NCBI GenBank assembly: GCA_024648785.1
Contig: JABYQB010000001.1
Location: 54,696 to 118,695 of the forward strand
From: Candidatus Westeberhardia cardiocondylae
Lineage (GTDB): Bacteria > Pseudomonadota > Gammaproteobacteria > Enterobacterales > Enterobacteriaceae
Reading direction: 5' to 3'
DNA length: 64,000 bases
In this document: positions 9,935-19,153 of the stretch, piece after piece
Layout of the letters: every line of letters starts with the position of its first letter
Numbering within the stretch: the first letter of the stretch is position 1
Made by a program: the position numbers and the translations under genes
The notes under the pieces: generated by a model
What the model saw: the letters and a program-made list of their open reading frames with translations, nothing else
Told to the model about the DNA's origin: nothing
Database searches by the model: none

Positions 9935-10474
9935 ATGTTGAAAAGAAATGTTTTTTTAATTGGTCCAATGGGTTCTGGTAAAAGTACTATTGGTCGTTAT
10001 TTGTCTGAAGAACTTAATGTTAAATTTTTTGATTCTGATAGTGAAATTGAGAAACGTAGTGGTGTTGATATTAATTGGATTTTTGATGTAGAGGGTGAGT
10101 CTGGATTTAGAAATAGAGAAAAAAAAATAATTGAAGAGTTAGTTTTGAAACGTAATATTATATTATCTACAGGTGGTGGTTCAATTTTATCATCTCGTGT
10201 GAGGAATTTACTTTCTAGTAATGGTATTATTATTTATTTAAATATTTCTATTGAAGAACAATTATTTCGTACTAGATTTGATAAAAAACGTCCTTTATTA
10301 TTAGATAAAGGTAAATCTAGATATGAGGTGTTAAAAACTTTATATTCTGAAAGAAATTTATTATATAGTGAAATTTCTGATTTTATAATTAATGTAGATA
10401 AGAAGAGTGTAAAAATTATTTCTGATAAAATTATTAATTTTTTAGTTAATAAAAATATTTTAAGTATTTATTAG
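9935..10474 (+). CDS. aroK: shikimate kinase I
   Basis: 179-aa ORF. It has the Walker A motif GPMGSGKSTIGR, then DSDSEIEKRSG and STGGGS. It is collinear with E. coli AroK and lies directly upstream of aroB. Confidence 0.93.
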   Translation: MLKRNVFLIGPMGSGKSTIGRYLSEELNVKFFDSDSEIEKRSGVDINWIFDVEGESGFRNREKKIIEELVLKRNIILSTGGGSILSSRVRNLLSSNGIIIYLNISIEEQLFRTRFDKKRPLLLDKGKSRYEVLKTLYSERNLLYSEISDFIINVDKKSVKIISDKIINFLVNKNILSIY

Positions 10475-10503
10475 TTTTGTTTTATAAGTATGTGAGGTAA
10501 ATA

Positions 10504-11604
10504 TTGAATATTATGGAAAAATTTTTTGTTAAGTTTAAAGATAATAGAAATTATCCTATTATGATATTTTTTGGATTATTTGATTGTGTTGGGTGTTTTT
10601 TTCCATTAGTTTTTGGTGATAGAGTTATGATTATTACTAATACATGTCTTGCTAATTTGCATTTAAAAGGGTTGTGTAAAAAGTTGATTGAGTATGGTGT
10701 TAATGTAGATTATGTTGTTTTACCTGATGGCGAAAGATATAAATCTTTTAAGACTTTAGATAATATATTTTTTTCTCTTTTAAAAAAAAATCATGGTAGA
10801 GATACAACTATTTTATCTTTTGGTGGTGGGGTTATTGGTGATATATCAGGTTTTGTTGCTTCTGTTTATCAAAGGGGTGTGCGTTTGATTCATATCCCTA
10901 CTACTTTATTATCACAAGTTGATGCATCTATTGGAGGTAAAACTGCGGTTAATCATAAACTTGGAAAGAATATGATTGGTTCATTTTATCAACCAAGTTC
11001 TGTTTTAATTGAATTAAATTATTTAAAAACTTTGTCTAAAAGAGAGTTTTCTTCTGGTTTATCAGAAATTATTAAGTATGCAGTTGTTTTTGATGTTTGT
11101 TTTTTTAATTGGTTAGAGAATAATTTAGATTTATTATTTGATTTAGATGTTTCTGCAATTACTTATTGTATTCGTAAATGTTGTGAATTAAAATCGAATA
11201 TTGTTGTTTTTGATGAATTTGAAAAGAAGGATAAACGTTCTTTGTTAAATTTTGGTCATACTTATGGTCATGCTATTGAAGCTTTTATGGGTTATGGTAA
11301 TTGGTTACATGGTGAGGCTATATCTGTTGGAATGATGATTGCAATGCATACTTCGAATTTTTTGGGTTATTTTTCGAAAAATGATATTGATAGAGTGAAA
11401 AAATTATTTGTTCGTGCAAATTTGCCTATTCGTGGACCTAATAATATGTTACCAAAGGATTATTTTGATTATATGGTTCGTGATAAAAAGAATGTTTCTA
11501 ATAAAATTAGATTGGTTCTTCCAATATATTTGGGATGTGCTAAGATTTTTTCAGATGTAGATAATGATATTATTGTTTCTTCAATTCATTGTTGTAGTAA
11601 TTAA
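10504..11604 (+). CDS. aroB: 3-dehydroquinate synthase
   Basis: Matches to E. coli AroB include LPDGERYKS, GGGVIGDISGF, PTTLLSQVDASIGGKTAVNH, NFGHTYGHAIE and GNWLHGEAISVG. The TTG at 10504 lies 6 nt after GAGG (10494-10497). The alternative ATG at 10513 fits the E. coli N-terminus equally well. Confidence 0.92.
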   Translation: MNIMEKFFVKFKDNRNYPIMIFFGLFDCVGCFFPLVFGDRVMIITNTCLANLHLKGLCKKLIEYGVNVDYVVLPDGERYKSFKTLDNIFFSLLKKNHGRDTTILSFGGGVIGDISGFVASVYQRGVRLIHIPTTLLSQVDASIGGKTAVNHKLGKNMIGSFYQPSSVLIELNYLKTLSKREFSSGLSEIIKYAVVFDVCFFNWLENNLDLLFDLDVSAITYCIRKCCELKSNIVVFDEFEKKDKRSLLNFGHTYGHAIEAFMGYGNWLHGEAISVGMMIAMHTSNFLGYFSKNDIDRVKKLFVRANLPIRGPNNMLPKDYFDYMVRDKKNVSNKIRLVLPIYLGCAKIFSDVDNDIIVSSIHCCSN

Positions 11605-11726
11605 TGTTGCATTATTAATTAATTTATTATATTAGTAAAATATTTATATTTTGATTTTTCATTTTTTATGTAAAGATATTTATGAAAGTATTGTATATTT
11701 TATATTTTTAAAATTTTCAGTGATTT

Positions 11727-11735
11727 TGTTATAAT
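11727..11735 (+). promoter_or_regulatory. candidate extended -10 element TGTTATAAT upstream of rpe
   Basis: This is an exact TGnTATAAT about 87 nt upstream of the rpe ATG. The same 9-mer recurs upstream of rplN. Such matches are expected a few times by chance in these spacers, so support is weak. Confidence 0.3.
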
Positions 11736-11770
11736 ATTTTCTAATTTTTAATTTAATGTATTTAAATTAT

Positions 11771-11786
11771 TTTTATATTATGATTT
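11771..11786 (+). repeat. spacer motif A copy, exact
   Basis: TTTTATATTATGATTT lies 36 nt upstream of the rpe ATG. Confidence 0.5.
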
Positions 11787-11821
11787 ACTTTTATTTTTGT
11801 ATTTTATGGATTTTATGAAAA

Positions 11822-12505
11822 ATGAAAAGATTTCATATTTTACCTTCTTTGTTATCTGCAGATTTTTCCAGGTTAGGAGATGATGTTTCTCGTGTAATTT
11901 TTGCTGGCGCAGATATGATACATTTTGATGTTATGGATAATCATTATGTTTCTAATTTGACTTTTGGTCCAATGGTTTTGAGTTCTTTAAGAAATTATGG
12001 AATTAAAGTTCCAATTGATGTACATTTAATGATACGACCTGTATGTCATCGTTTAATTTTTGATTTTATTAAAGCAGGTGCAAATTGTATTATTTTTCAC
12101 CCAGAGGTATCTAGTAATATTAAAGATTCTTTATTGTTTATTAAAAGTCATTCTTGCAAAGCTGGTTTAGCTTTTCACCCTGATATTTCGTTAGATGTTT
12201 TAGAAAGGTTTATTTTTGACGTGGATGTTGTTTTGTTGTTGTCTGTATATCCTGGATTTTCTAATCAGTCTTTTATTGTTTCTATGTTTGAGAAAATAAA
12301 AAAAGCTAGGGTATTAATAGATAAATATGACTTAGATGTTTCTGTTATTGTTGATGGTGGAATTAAGATTGATAATGTTGTTAAAGTTGCTAGTTGCGGA
12401 GCTGATATGTTTGTAATTGGTTCGGCTATTTTTGATGAGGAAGATTATTCTTGTGTTATTAATAAATTTCGAAGTAAATTAAATAAATATTTTGTTTGTA
12501 TATGA
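11822..12505 (+). CDS. rpe: ribulose-phosphate 3-epimerase
   Basis: 227-aa ORF, collinear with E. coli Rpe (PSLLSADFSRLG, HFDVMDNHYV, PIDVHLM, DGGIK, GADMFV(I)GSAIF). Confidence 0.94.
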   Translation: MKRFHILPSLLSADFSRLGDDVSRVIFAGADMIHFDVMDNHYVSNLTFGPMVLSSLRNYGIKVPIDVHLMIRPVCHRLIFDFIKAGANCIIFHPEVSSNIKDSLLFIKSHSCKAGLAFHPDISLDVLERFIFDVDVVLLLSVYPGFSNQSFIVSMFEKIKKARVLIDKYDLDVSVIVDGGIKIDNVVKVASCGADMFVIGSAIFDEEDYSCVINKFRSKLNKYFVCI

Positions 12506-12735
12506 TTTTTTATTATAAAAAATTAAATATTTTTTTATTTTAAAATTTAATTTTTATTTTGTATTTATATTACAGTTTTATTTATTTTTTGGTTTTTATT
12601 TAATATTTGTATTTATTTTAAAAATGATATTAATGTTGATTTTTAATTGTTGTAAGAATTAAATATTTATTTTATTTTTGTGTTTTATGTTTATTAATAA
12701 ATTTTTATTTGTAAAATATTGGTATAATAAGTTTT

Positions 12736-13734
12736 ATGAAAAAAAATGTTTTGTTTAGTGCTATTCAACCTACAGGTGAATTGACGTTAGGTAATTATAT
12801 AGGTGTGTTGCGTTCTTGGGTTAAAGCTCAGGATAATTATGATTGTGTTTATTCTATAGCTGATTTGCATGCAATTACTGTTCGTCAAGATTGTAATTAT
12901 TTTTCTAAAATTTCTTTAGATTGTGTTGCTTTGTGTTTGGCATGTGGTATAGATCCTGATAAATGTATTATATTTATTCAATCCCATGTATATCATCATG
13001 TTCAATTAACATGGATTCTTAGTTGTTATTCATATTTTGGAGAATTGAAAAGAATGGTTCAATTTAAGAATAGATTATTAAATAATATTAATAATAATGT
13101 TGGTTTGTTTACTTATCCAATTTTAATGGCATCAGATGTTTTGTTGTATAATTCAAATTTTGTTATTATTGGTGATGATCAAAAGCAACATTTAGAGTTT
13201 ATTCGTACTATTGCTAGGAGGTTTAATTCAATTTATGGAGATATTTTTGTTATACCTAAAATATTTTCTGGTTATGGTATTCGTATAATGTCTTTGTTGG
13301 AACCAAAAAAAAAGATGTCAAAGTCAGATTTTAATCGTAATAATGTTATTACTTTATTGGAAAATTTTGATTCAATAATAAAAAAAATTAAGTATTCTGT
13401 AACTGATTCTGATACCCCACCATTGATTCGTTATGACCCTATTAATAAGCCAGGTATATCAAATTTGTTGCAGATTTTATCTGTTATTAGTGATACACCA
13501 ATTTCGTTATTGGAAGATATGTTTGTTGGAAGGATGTATAGTGATTTTAAAAATGAAGTTATTAATGTTCTTATAGACAATATTAAATCTGTGCAGTCTC
13601 GTTATTATTTGTTAAGAAATAATGAGGATTATTTGTATTCTGTATTATTAAATGGTGCTGAGAAAGCAAAAATAAGATCTGAAATGATGTTAGAAAAGGT
13701 AAAGGAAGCAATTGGTTTTTTTTGTATTTCTTAG
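12736..13734 (+). CDS. trpS: tryptophan--tRNA ligase
   Basis: 332-aa ORF. It has a class I synthetase N-terminus (SAIQPTGELTLGNYIG) and the KMSKS motif (KKKMSKSD). Its position after rpe matches the E. coli aroK...trpS cluster. Confidence 0.94.
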   Translation: MKKNVLFSAIQPTGELTLGNYIGVLRSWVKAQDNYDCVYSIADLHAITVRQDCNYFSKISLDCVALCLACGIDPDKCIIFIQSHVYHHVQLTWILSCYSYFGELKRMVQFKNRLLNNINNNVGLFTYPILMASDVLLYNSNFVIIGDDQKQHLEFIRTIARRFNSIYGDIFVIPKIFSGYGIRIMSLLEPKKKMSKSDFNRNNVITLLENFDSIIKKIKYSVTDSDTPPLIRYDPINKPGISNLLQILSVISDTPISLLEDMFVGRMYSDFKNEVINVLIDNIKSVQSRYYLLRNNEDYLYSVLLNGAEKAKIRSEMMLEKVKEAIGFFCIS

Positions 13735-14143
13735 TAGTAATTTTAAATTTATTTAATGTTTTATTTGTTTATGTATTTTATTTTAATTTATTTGTGGAAT
13801 TTATTTTTTAACATTATATAATTAGTGTAATATATTTTTTATTTTGGTGTATTTTAATTATTTTTACGTTTTATTATTTAATGATTTTATTATTTTATAA
13901 TTAGTTTTATTTATTAAGTTTTAATATTAAAAATTTTTTATTTTGTTTTTATTTATATTTATATTAAATTTTTAATTTTTATATGTTAAAAATTTTAGTA
14001 TTTTTAATATTTTTTTTTGATAATTGTATTAAATTTAAATATTTTATTTGGTATATAATATTTTAAATATTATATATTATTAATTTTTTTAATTGTTCAT
14101 GTAATATATAATTTTAATATTATAGAATATGGCGTAATTTTTT

Positions 14144-15835
14144 ATGCTACATTTATTTACTAATTTAGGTGTATATACTGTTTGTATTTTAGTAATTACT
14201 TTTATTTTTGTTTTAATTTATGAAATTATAAACGGATTTCATGATACTGCTAATGCTACAGCTACTATTATTTATACAAGGGCTTTACATCCGTATTTTG
14301 CTGTTTTTATTTCTGGTTTATGTAATTTTTTTGGTGTTATTATGGGTGGGTTAAGTGTAGCTTATGCTATTGTTCATTTATTACCAATTGATTTTTTATT
14401 AATGAAAATTAACTCTATCCATGAATTAATAATGATATTTTCCATGTTGTTATCTGCAATTTTATGGAATTTATGTACATGGTATTTTGGATTACCTTCA
14501 TCTAGTTCTCATACTTTGATAGGTTCTATTATTGGAATTACATTTATTCATTCATTAGTTAATAAGAAGGCTTTAGTTCAGTCATTAAATATCTCACAGT
14601 TGATTGATATATTTATATCTTTAATTATTTCTCCATTAATTGGATTTGTTTTGTCTGTTTTTGTTCTTTTACTTGTTCGTATTTATTGTTATTTTGTAAA
14701 AAAAAAATTTAATTATATTAATCTTACGGCAGATGAAAGGTATAAGAAAGATGGTATTTCTACACCGCCATTTTTAATACGTGTTGGTTTAATTATTTCT
14801 TCAGCTGGTGTTAGTTTTTCGCATGGTGCTAATGATGGACAAAAAGGTATTGGTCTTATTATGTTAGCTTTGATGAGTGTTGCACCTGCAGAATTTATTA
14901 TTAATTTGAATTCTAGTACTTATGATATTAATAAAACTCGTAGTGCTGTAGTAGATTTTTATAAGTATTGTATACGTAATTATGATGCTATTGATTTTAA
15001 TATTTTTTCTTGTAGTAAAAAATATATGTTAATGTCAAATAAAAATTGTGTTTCTTTTTTTCCAATGTCTTTTTCATATTTTTATGTTTATCCATATGTA
15101 TATTTTATTAATAATAGTGATTTGTTTTTATTATCTGAGTATTTTGTAAATGATTCTTTTGTTTTTGAATTTATATGTAAAAATAATTTTATTGTACTTA
15201 AATATGATAATGTTTTGTTAAAAAATAATGAATATGATAATTTATTTCAAATTATGTTAGTTGTTAATTATGTTTTGTTTTTATTGAAAAATTTGGAAGA
15301 TTATAATAATTTAAATTTTGATCAACGTATTCAAGTTCGTTATTTTCTAGTTTATATTTCTGATGTTATTACAGAATTGTTAAAATTTAAGAATTTGTCT
15401 ATTCTTGATAGAGATTTTTTAATTAATTTACGTAAAGATTTACTAAATACAATAGAGTATGCTCCAATATGGATTGTTGTTTCTGTTGCATTGTCTCTGT
15501 CTTTAGGTACAATGATAGGTTGGAAGCGTGTTGTTATTACAATTGGAGAAAAAATTGGTAAGAAGAATATAACTTATTTACAGGGGTTTTTGTCTCAAGT
15601 AATTTCAGCTATTTCCATTGGAGTTGCCAGTTATGTTGGTAAACCTGTATCTACAACACATGTTTTGTCTTCTGCAATTATTGGTACTATGTTAGTAGAA
15701 GGTGATGGTGTTAGGTTTAAAACGGTAAAAAATATCTTAATGGCTTGGATATTGACTCTTCCAGCTTCAATGTTATTGTCTAGTATATTATATTTGTTTT
15801 TATTGTTTGTTTTAGTATTTTTTGGTTTAAGTTGA
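14144..15835 (+). CDS. pitA: low-affinity inorganic phosphate transporter PitA, with an expanded central loop
   Basis: 563-aa ORF (E. coli PitA is 499 aa). The N-terminus MLHLF...INGFHDTANATATIIYTRA, then SHGANDGQKGIGL, IEYAPIW, IGEKIGKK and PVSTTHVLSS match E. coli PitA. Confidence 0.9.
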   Translation: MLHLFTNLGVYTVCILVITFIFVLIYEIINGFHDTANATATIIYTRALHPYFAVFISGLCNFFGVIMGGLSVAYAIVHLLPIDFLLMKINSIHELIMIFSMLLSAILWNLCTWYFGLPSSSSHTLIGSIIGITFIHSLVNKKALVQSLNISQLIDIFISLIISPLIGFVLSVFVLLLVRIYCYFVKKKFNYINLTADERYKKDGISTPPFLIRVGLIISSAGVSFSHGANDGQKGIGLIMLALMSVAPAEFIINLNSSTYDINKTRSAVVDFYKYCIRNYDAIDFNIFSCSKKYMLMSNKNCVSFFPMSFSYFYVYPYVYFINNSDLFLLSEYFVNDSFVFEFICKNNFIVLKYDNVLLKNNEYDNLFQIMLVVNYVLFLLKNLEDYNNLNFDQRIQVRYFLVYISDVITELLKFKNLSILDRDFLINLRKDLLNTIEYAPIWIVVSVALSLSLGTMIGWKRVVITIGEKIGKKNITYLQGFLSQVISAISIGVASYVGKPVSTTHVLSSAIIGTMLVEGDGVRFKTVKNILMAWILTLPASMLLSSILYLFLLFVLVFFGLS

Positions 15836-16138
15836 TATTTTAAGATATGTGTATTTTTTTATATTTTCATAATTTTATAATGTTTAATTTTTTTAGTAGT
15901 ATTTATGAAATATTATTGATAATTTGTTTATTTTTTATGTGTTTTTATATTTTATTTTTTAGTTTTAGTTAAGTTGAATGTTTTTATATTTTTAATTTTT
16001 AAAAAAGTTAAATATTTATTTAAAAATAAAAAACATTTTATATTTCAATGTTTATATTCATTATCAAAATTAAAATTTTATATTCATTGTACATAAATTT
16101 TGTTTTTTAAATATTATTAAATGTAGTAAATTTATATT

Positions 16139-18217
16139 TTAATATAAATTTAGATTAATTTGATTTTTCTTTTTATATATACCATAATGTTTTAATATTG
16201 CTGTTAATTTTGGACTTCTTCCTAAAAAATTTTTGAATAATTTTATAGGATGTTCTGACCCTCCTTGAGATAAGATATGTTTAATGAAAGATTTTCCAGT
16301 TTTTTTATTAAAAATACCGTTTTTTTCAAATTTGGACCATGCATCTGTTGATAATATTTTTGACCATAAATAACTGTAGTATCCTGCGGCATATTCTCCA
16401 GAAAATATGTGACTGAATGTATTTGGAAAACGTTTCCATGAATTTTTTGGAAGTATTTCTGTTGTTTTATGTATTTTTTTTAGTATTTCATGTATTTTTT
16501 TTATTTTTTTTTGTTGTTGGTTATGTAAAACAAAATCAAATAAGCTTAATTTTAATTGATTAAGTAAAAATATTCCTGATTGATAGTTTTTCATTTTTAA
16601 TATATTGTTTATTAATTTATTATTTATTTGTTTTTTTGTTATGTAATGTTTAGATAACATTTTAATTACTTGTTTTTTCCAGCAAAAATTTTCCATTAAT
16701 TGACTAGGAAATTCTATTGCGTCCCATGGTATTCCATTAGTTCCTGAGATTCCTGGTATATCTATACATGTTAATATATGGTGCATGCCATGTCCGAATT
16801 CATGGAATAATGTAATTATTTCATTGTGCGTAAGCAATGTTGGAATGTTATTTTTTGGTGGATTGAAATTACAAGTTATATATGCAATTGGTTTTTGTAT
16901 TTTTTTAGAAGTTCGAAATCGTTCTACATATTCTTCCATCCATGCTCCTTCTTGTTTGTTTGTTCTTGTATATAGGTCTAGGTATATTCCTCCTTGTAAT
17001 TGGTTTTTATTGTTAAATAAATCATAGAAACGTACTTCTGTATTCCAAGTTGAAACGTTTTTTCGTTGTGTTATGGTTACATTATATATTTTTTTTATCA
17101 CTTTAAATAGACCATATAAAACTGTTTTTATTGGAAAATATGTACTTATTGTGTTATTTTTTATGTTGAACAAATATTGTTTTTGTTTTTCGCTATAGAA
17201 TGTTATATCCCATGGTTGAATGGTTGTTGTGTTGTAAAACTTTTTTGTAAAATTTTGTAATTGTTTCATTTCTTTTTTACTTTTTTCTTTTGCTAATTTT
17301 ATTAATGTTTTTAGAAATGTTAATACTTGTTTTGGATTTTTTGCTATTTTTGTTTTAAGTGATTTATGAGCATATGTTTTAAATCCTAATAATTTTGCTA
17401 AATTATGTCGTAATTTTATAATTTTGTTCATTATAGGTTCATTGTCCCATTTATTTGCATGGGGTCCTTGATTTGAAGCACGTGTACTATGTGCATAGTA
17501 GCACTCTTGTCTTATTTTTGGATTTTCGCAATATTTTAATATTTTAGTATAAATGTTAGGTTGTAATGTTATTTTCCATGTTTGTTGTTTTTTATGTTTT
17601 ATTTGTTTAAGTATATTTTTTGGTATTCCTTGTAACATTTTTTTATTTGTAATTATTTTTTTCCAATGTATTGTAGAATCAAGTATATTATTTTCATATT
17701 TACAACTTAGTTTTAGTAGTTTTTCAGTAATTTTTTTGTATTTTTGTTTTTTGTTTTTTGATAAATTAATTCCAGATAATTCAAAATTTATTAAAATGTT
17801 GTTGAGTGATGTTTTTTGATGTTTGTTTAGTTTATTATAATGTTTTTTGTTTGTTTTTAAGGAAAGATAAGATGTATATAGTTTTGTGTTATGTTGAATC
17901 CAATTGTTGTTTTTTGAAATAAGTAATAATGCTTTTTTATATGATGTTCGTATTTCTGGAGTATTTAGTACTGAATTTAAATGTTTTATTGGTGAAAATA
18001 TTTTTTTTAATGAATTTTTTTTTTCTTCAATTGGTTGGAATAGATTTTGCCAAGTGAATTTTTTGTTTTTTTTTGTAATTTTTATAATAGTTTTACGTAA
18101 ATTTTTTAATGCAAATTTTATTGCTGGAATTGTATGTTTTGGTTTTATTTTTGAAAATGGTGGTAATGAGAATGATTGTAATAGTGGATTTTTCATATTT
18201 TCAAAGTTTTTATACAA
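16139..18217 (-). CDS. prlC: oligopeptidase A (M3 zinc metallopeptidase)
   Basis: 692-aa ORF with the zinc motif LFHEFGHGMHH. The C-terminal stretches GGSEHPIKLFKNFLGRSP and AGYYSYLWS match E. coli PrlC. Confidence 0.9.
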   Translation of the reverse strand: MYKNFENMKNPLLQSFSLPPFSKIKPKHTIPAIKFALKNLRKTIIKITKKNKKFTWQNLFQPIEEKKNSLKKIFSPIKHLNSVLNTPEIRTSYKKALLLISKNNNWIQHNTKLYTSYLSLKTNKKHYNKLNKHQKTSLNNILINFELSGINLSKNKKQKYKKITEKLLKLSCKYENNILDSTIHWKKIITNKKMLQGIPKNILKQIKHKKQQTWKITLQPNIYTKILKYCENPKIRQECYYAHSTRASNQGPHANKWDNEPIMNKIIKLRHNLAKLLGFKTYAHKSLKTKIAKNPKQVLTFLKTLIKLAKEKSKKEMKQLQNFTKKFYNTTTIQPWDITFYSEKQKQYLFNIKNNTISTYFPIKTVLYGLFKVIKKIYNVTITQRKNVSTWNTEVRFYDLFNNKNQLQGGIYLDLYTRTNKQEGAWMEEYVERFRTSKKIQKPIAYITCNFNPPKNNIPTLLTHNEIITLFHEFGHGMHHILTCIDIPGISGTNGIPWDAIEFPSQLMENFCWKKQVIKMLSKHYITKKQINNKLINNILKMKNYQSGIFLLNQLKLSLFDFVLHNQQQKKIKKIHEILKKIHKTTEILPKNSWKRFPNTFSHIFSGEYAAGYYSYLWSKILSTDAWSKFEKNGIFNKKTGKSFIKHILSQGGSEHPIKLFKNFLGRSPKLTAILKHYGIYKKKNQINLNLY

Positions 18218-18574
18218 TTTTATTTGTTTTTGTAGATAAGTAAAATATGACTTTATAATATATGTGTTGTTTTATATTAAAAAAATTTTATTTTTTGTGT
18301 TTTTAGTAAAATATTTGATTTTCTTTTTTTAATTTTAATTTCATTTAAATAAAAATATTTTTTGTTTGTATTTATTATTAGTTTTAATAGTATTAAGAGA
18401 TATTAAATGAGTTTATGAATTTTAATGTTATTAAATTTTTTAATAAAGTTAAAATTAAAATGACATCATATATTATAACATAATTTATTTTGTAATTGTT
18501 TTGTGTTTGTATAATTTTTAACATTGTTAGTTATGTTGATTTAAATTTTGTATTATTGTTTTGTAGTTAGTTTT

Positions 18575-19153
18575 TCAATATATTTTATTGTATAGTTGAT
18601 ATATGACTTTTCCTGTTATTTTTTTTTTACATATTTTCCAAGATTTTGGAGTAAATATTTTAGGAGAATAAATATTTGTTTCAATATATATCCATGAATT
18701 TTTTGAAAGAATATTATTTTTTTCTATTAATTGTATTGTTTTATTTAATAAAATATATTTTTTGAAAGGAGGATCTATAAATATTAGATCAAATTTGTTT
18801 TTTGTTTTTTTTAACCATTTTATTGTATTTGTGTGTATTGAAATTATTTGTTTTGTTTTTAATTGTTTTATATTTTGTATAATTTTTTTTTGAATTGTAA
18901 TATCTTGTTCTAATAATATTGATTTATATGCTCCTCTTGATACTGACTCTATTCCTAATATTCCACTTCCAGCAAAACAATCTAAACAGTTTTTGTTATG
19001 AATTATAGGGTTTATCCAATTGAATAATGTTTCTCGTATTAAATTTTTTGTTGGTCGTAAGTTTTTTTTGTTTTTTATTATTTTTAGTAATGTTCCTTTC
19101 CATTTTCCAGAAATTATTTTTATTTTTCCATATTTTGATTTTATTTTTTTCAT
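18575..19153 (-). CDS. rsmD: 16S rRNA (guanine966-N2)-methyltransferase RsmD
   Basis: 192-aa ORF. LRPTKNLIRETLFNWI, CLDCFAGSGILGIES and the DPPF motif (FIDPPFKK) are collinear with E. coli RsmD (YhhF). Confidence 0.88.
   Translation of the reverse strand: MKKIKSKYGKIKIISGKWKGTLLKIIKNKKNLRPTKNLIRETLFNWINPIIHNKNCLDCFAGSGILGIESVSRGAYKSILLEQDITIQKKIIQNIKQLKTKQIISIHTNTIKWLKKTKNKFDLIFIDPPFKKYILLNKTIQLIEKNNILSKNSWIYIETNIYSPKIFTPKSWKICKKKITGKVIYQLYNKIY

Noticed and set aside
16052-16088. The direct repeat TTTATATTCATT occurs twice 26 nt apart in the pitA/prlC convergent spacer. There are also small palindromes at 19584-19614 (TGATTATCA and TAGCATTATGCTA).
   Set aside because: These are short isolated matches with no recurrence elsewhere in the window and no positional logic. 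They are most likely chance or local slippage.
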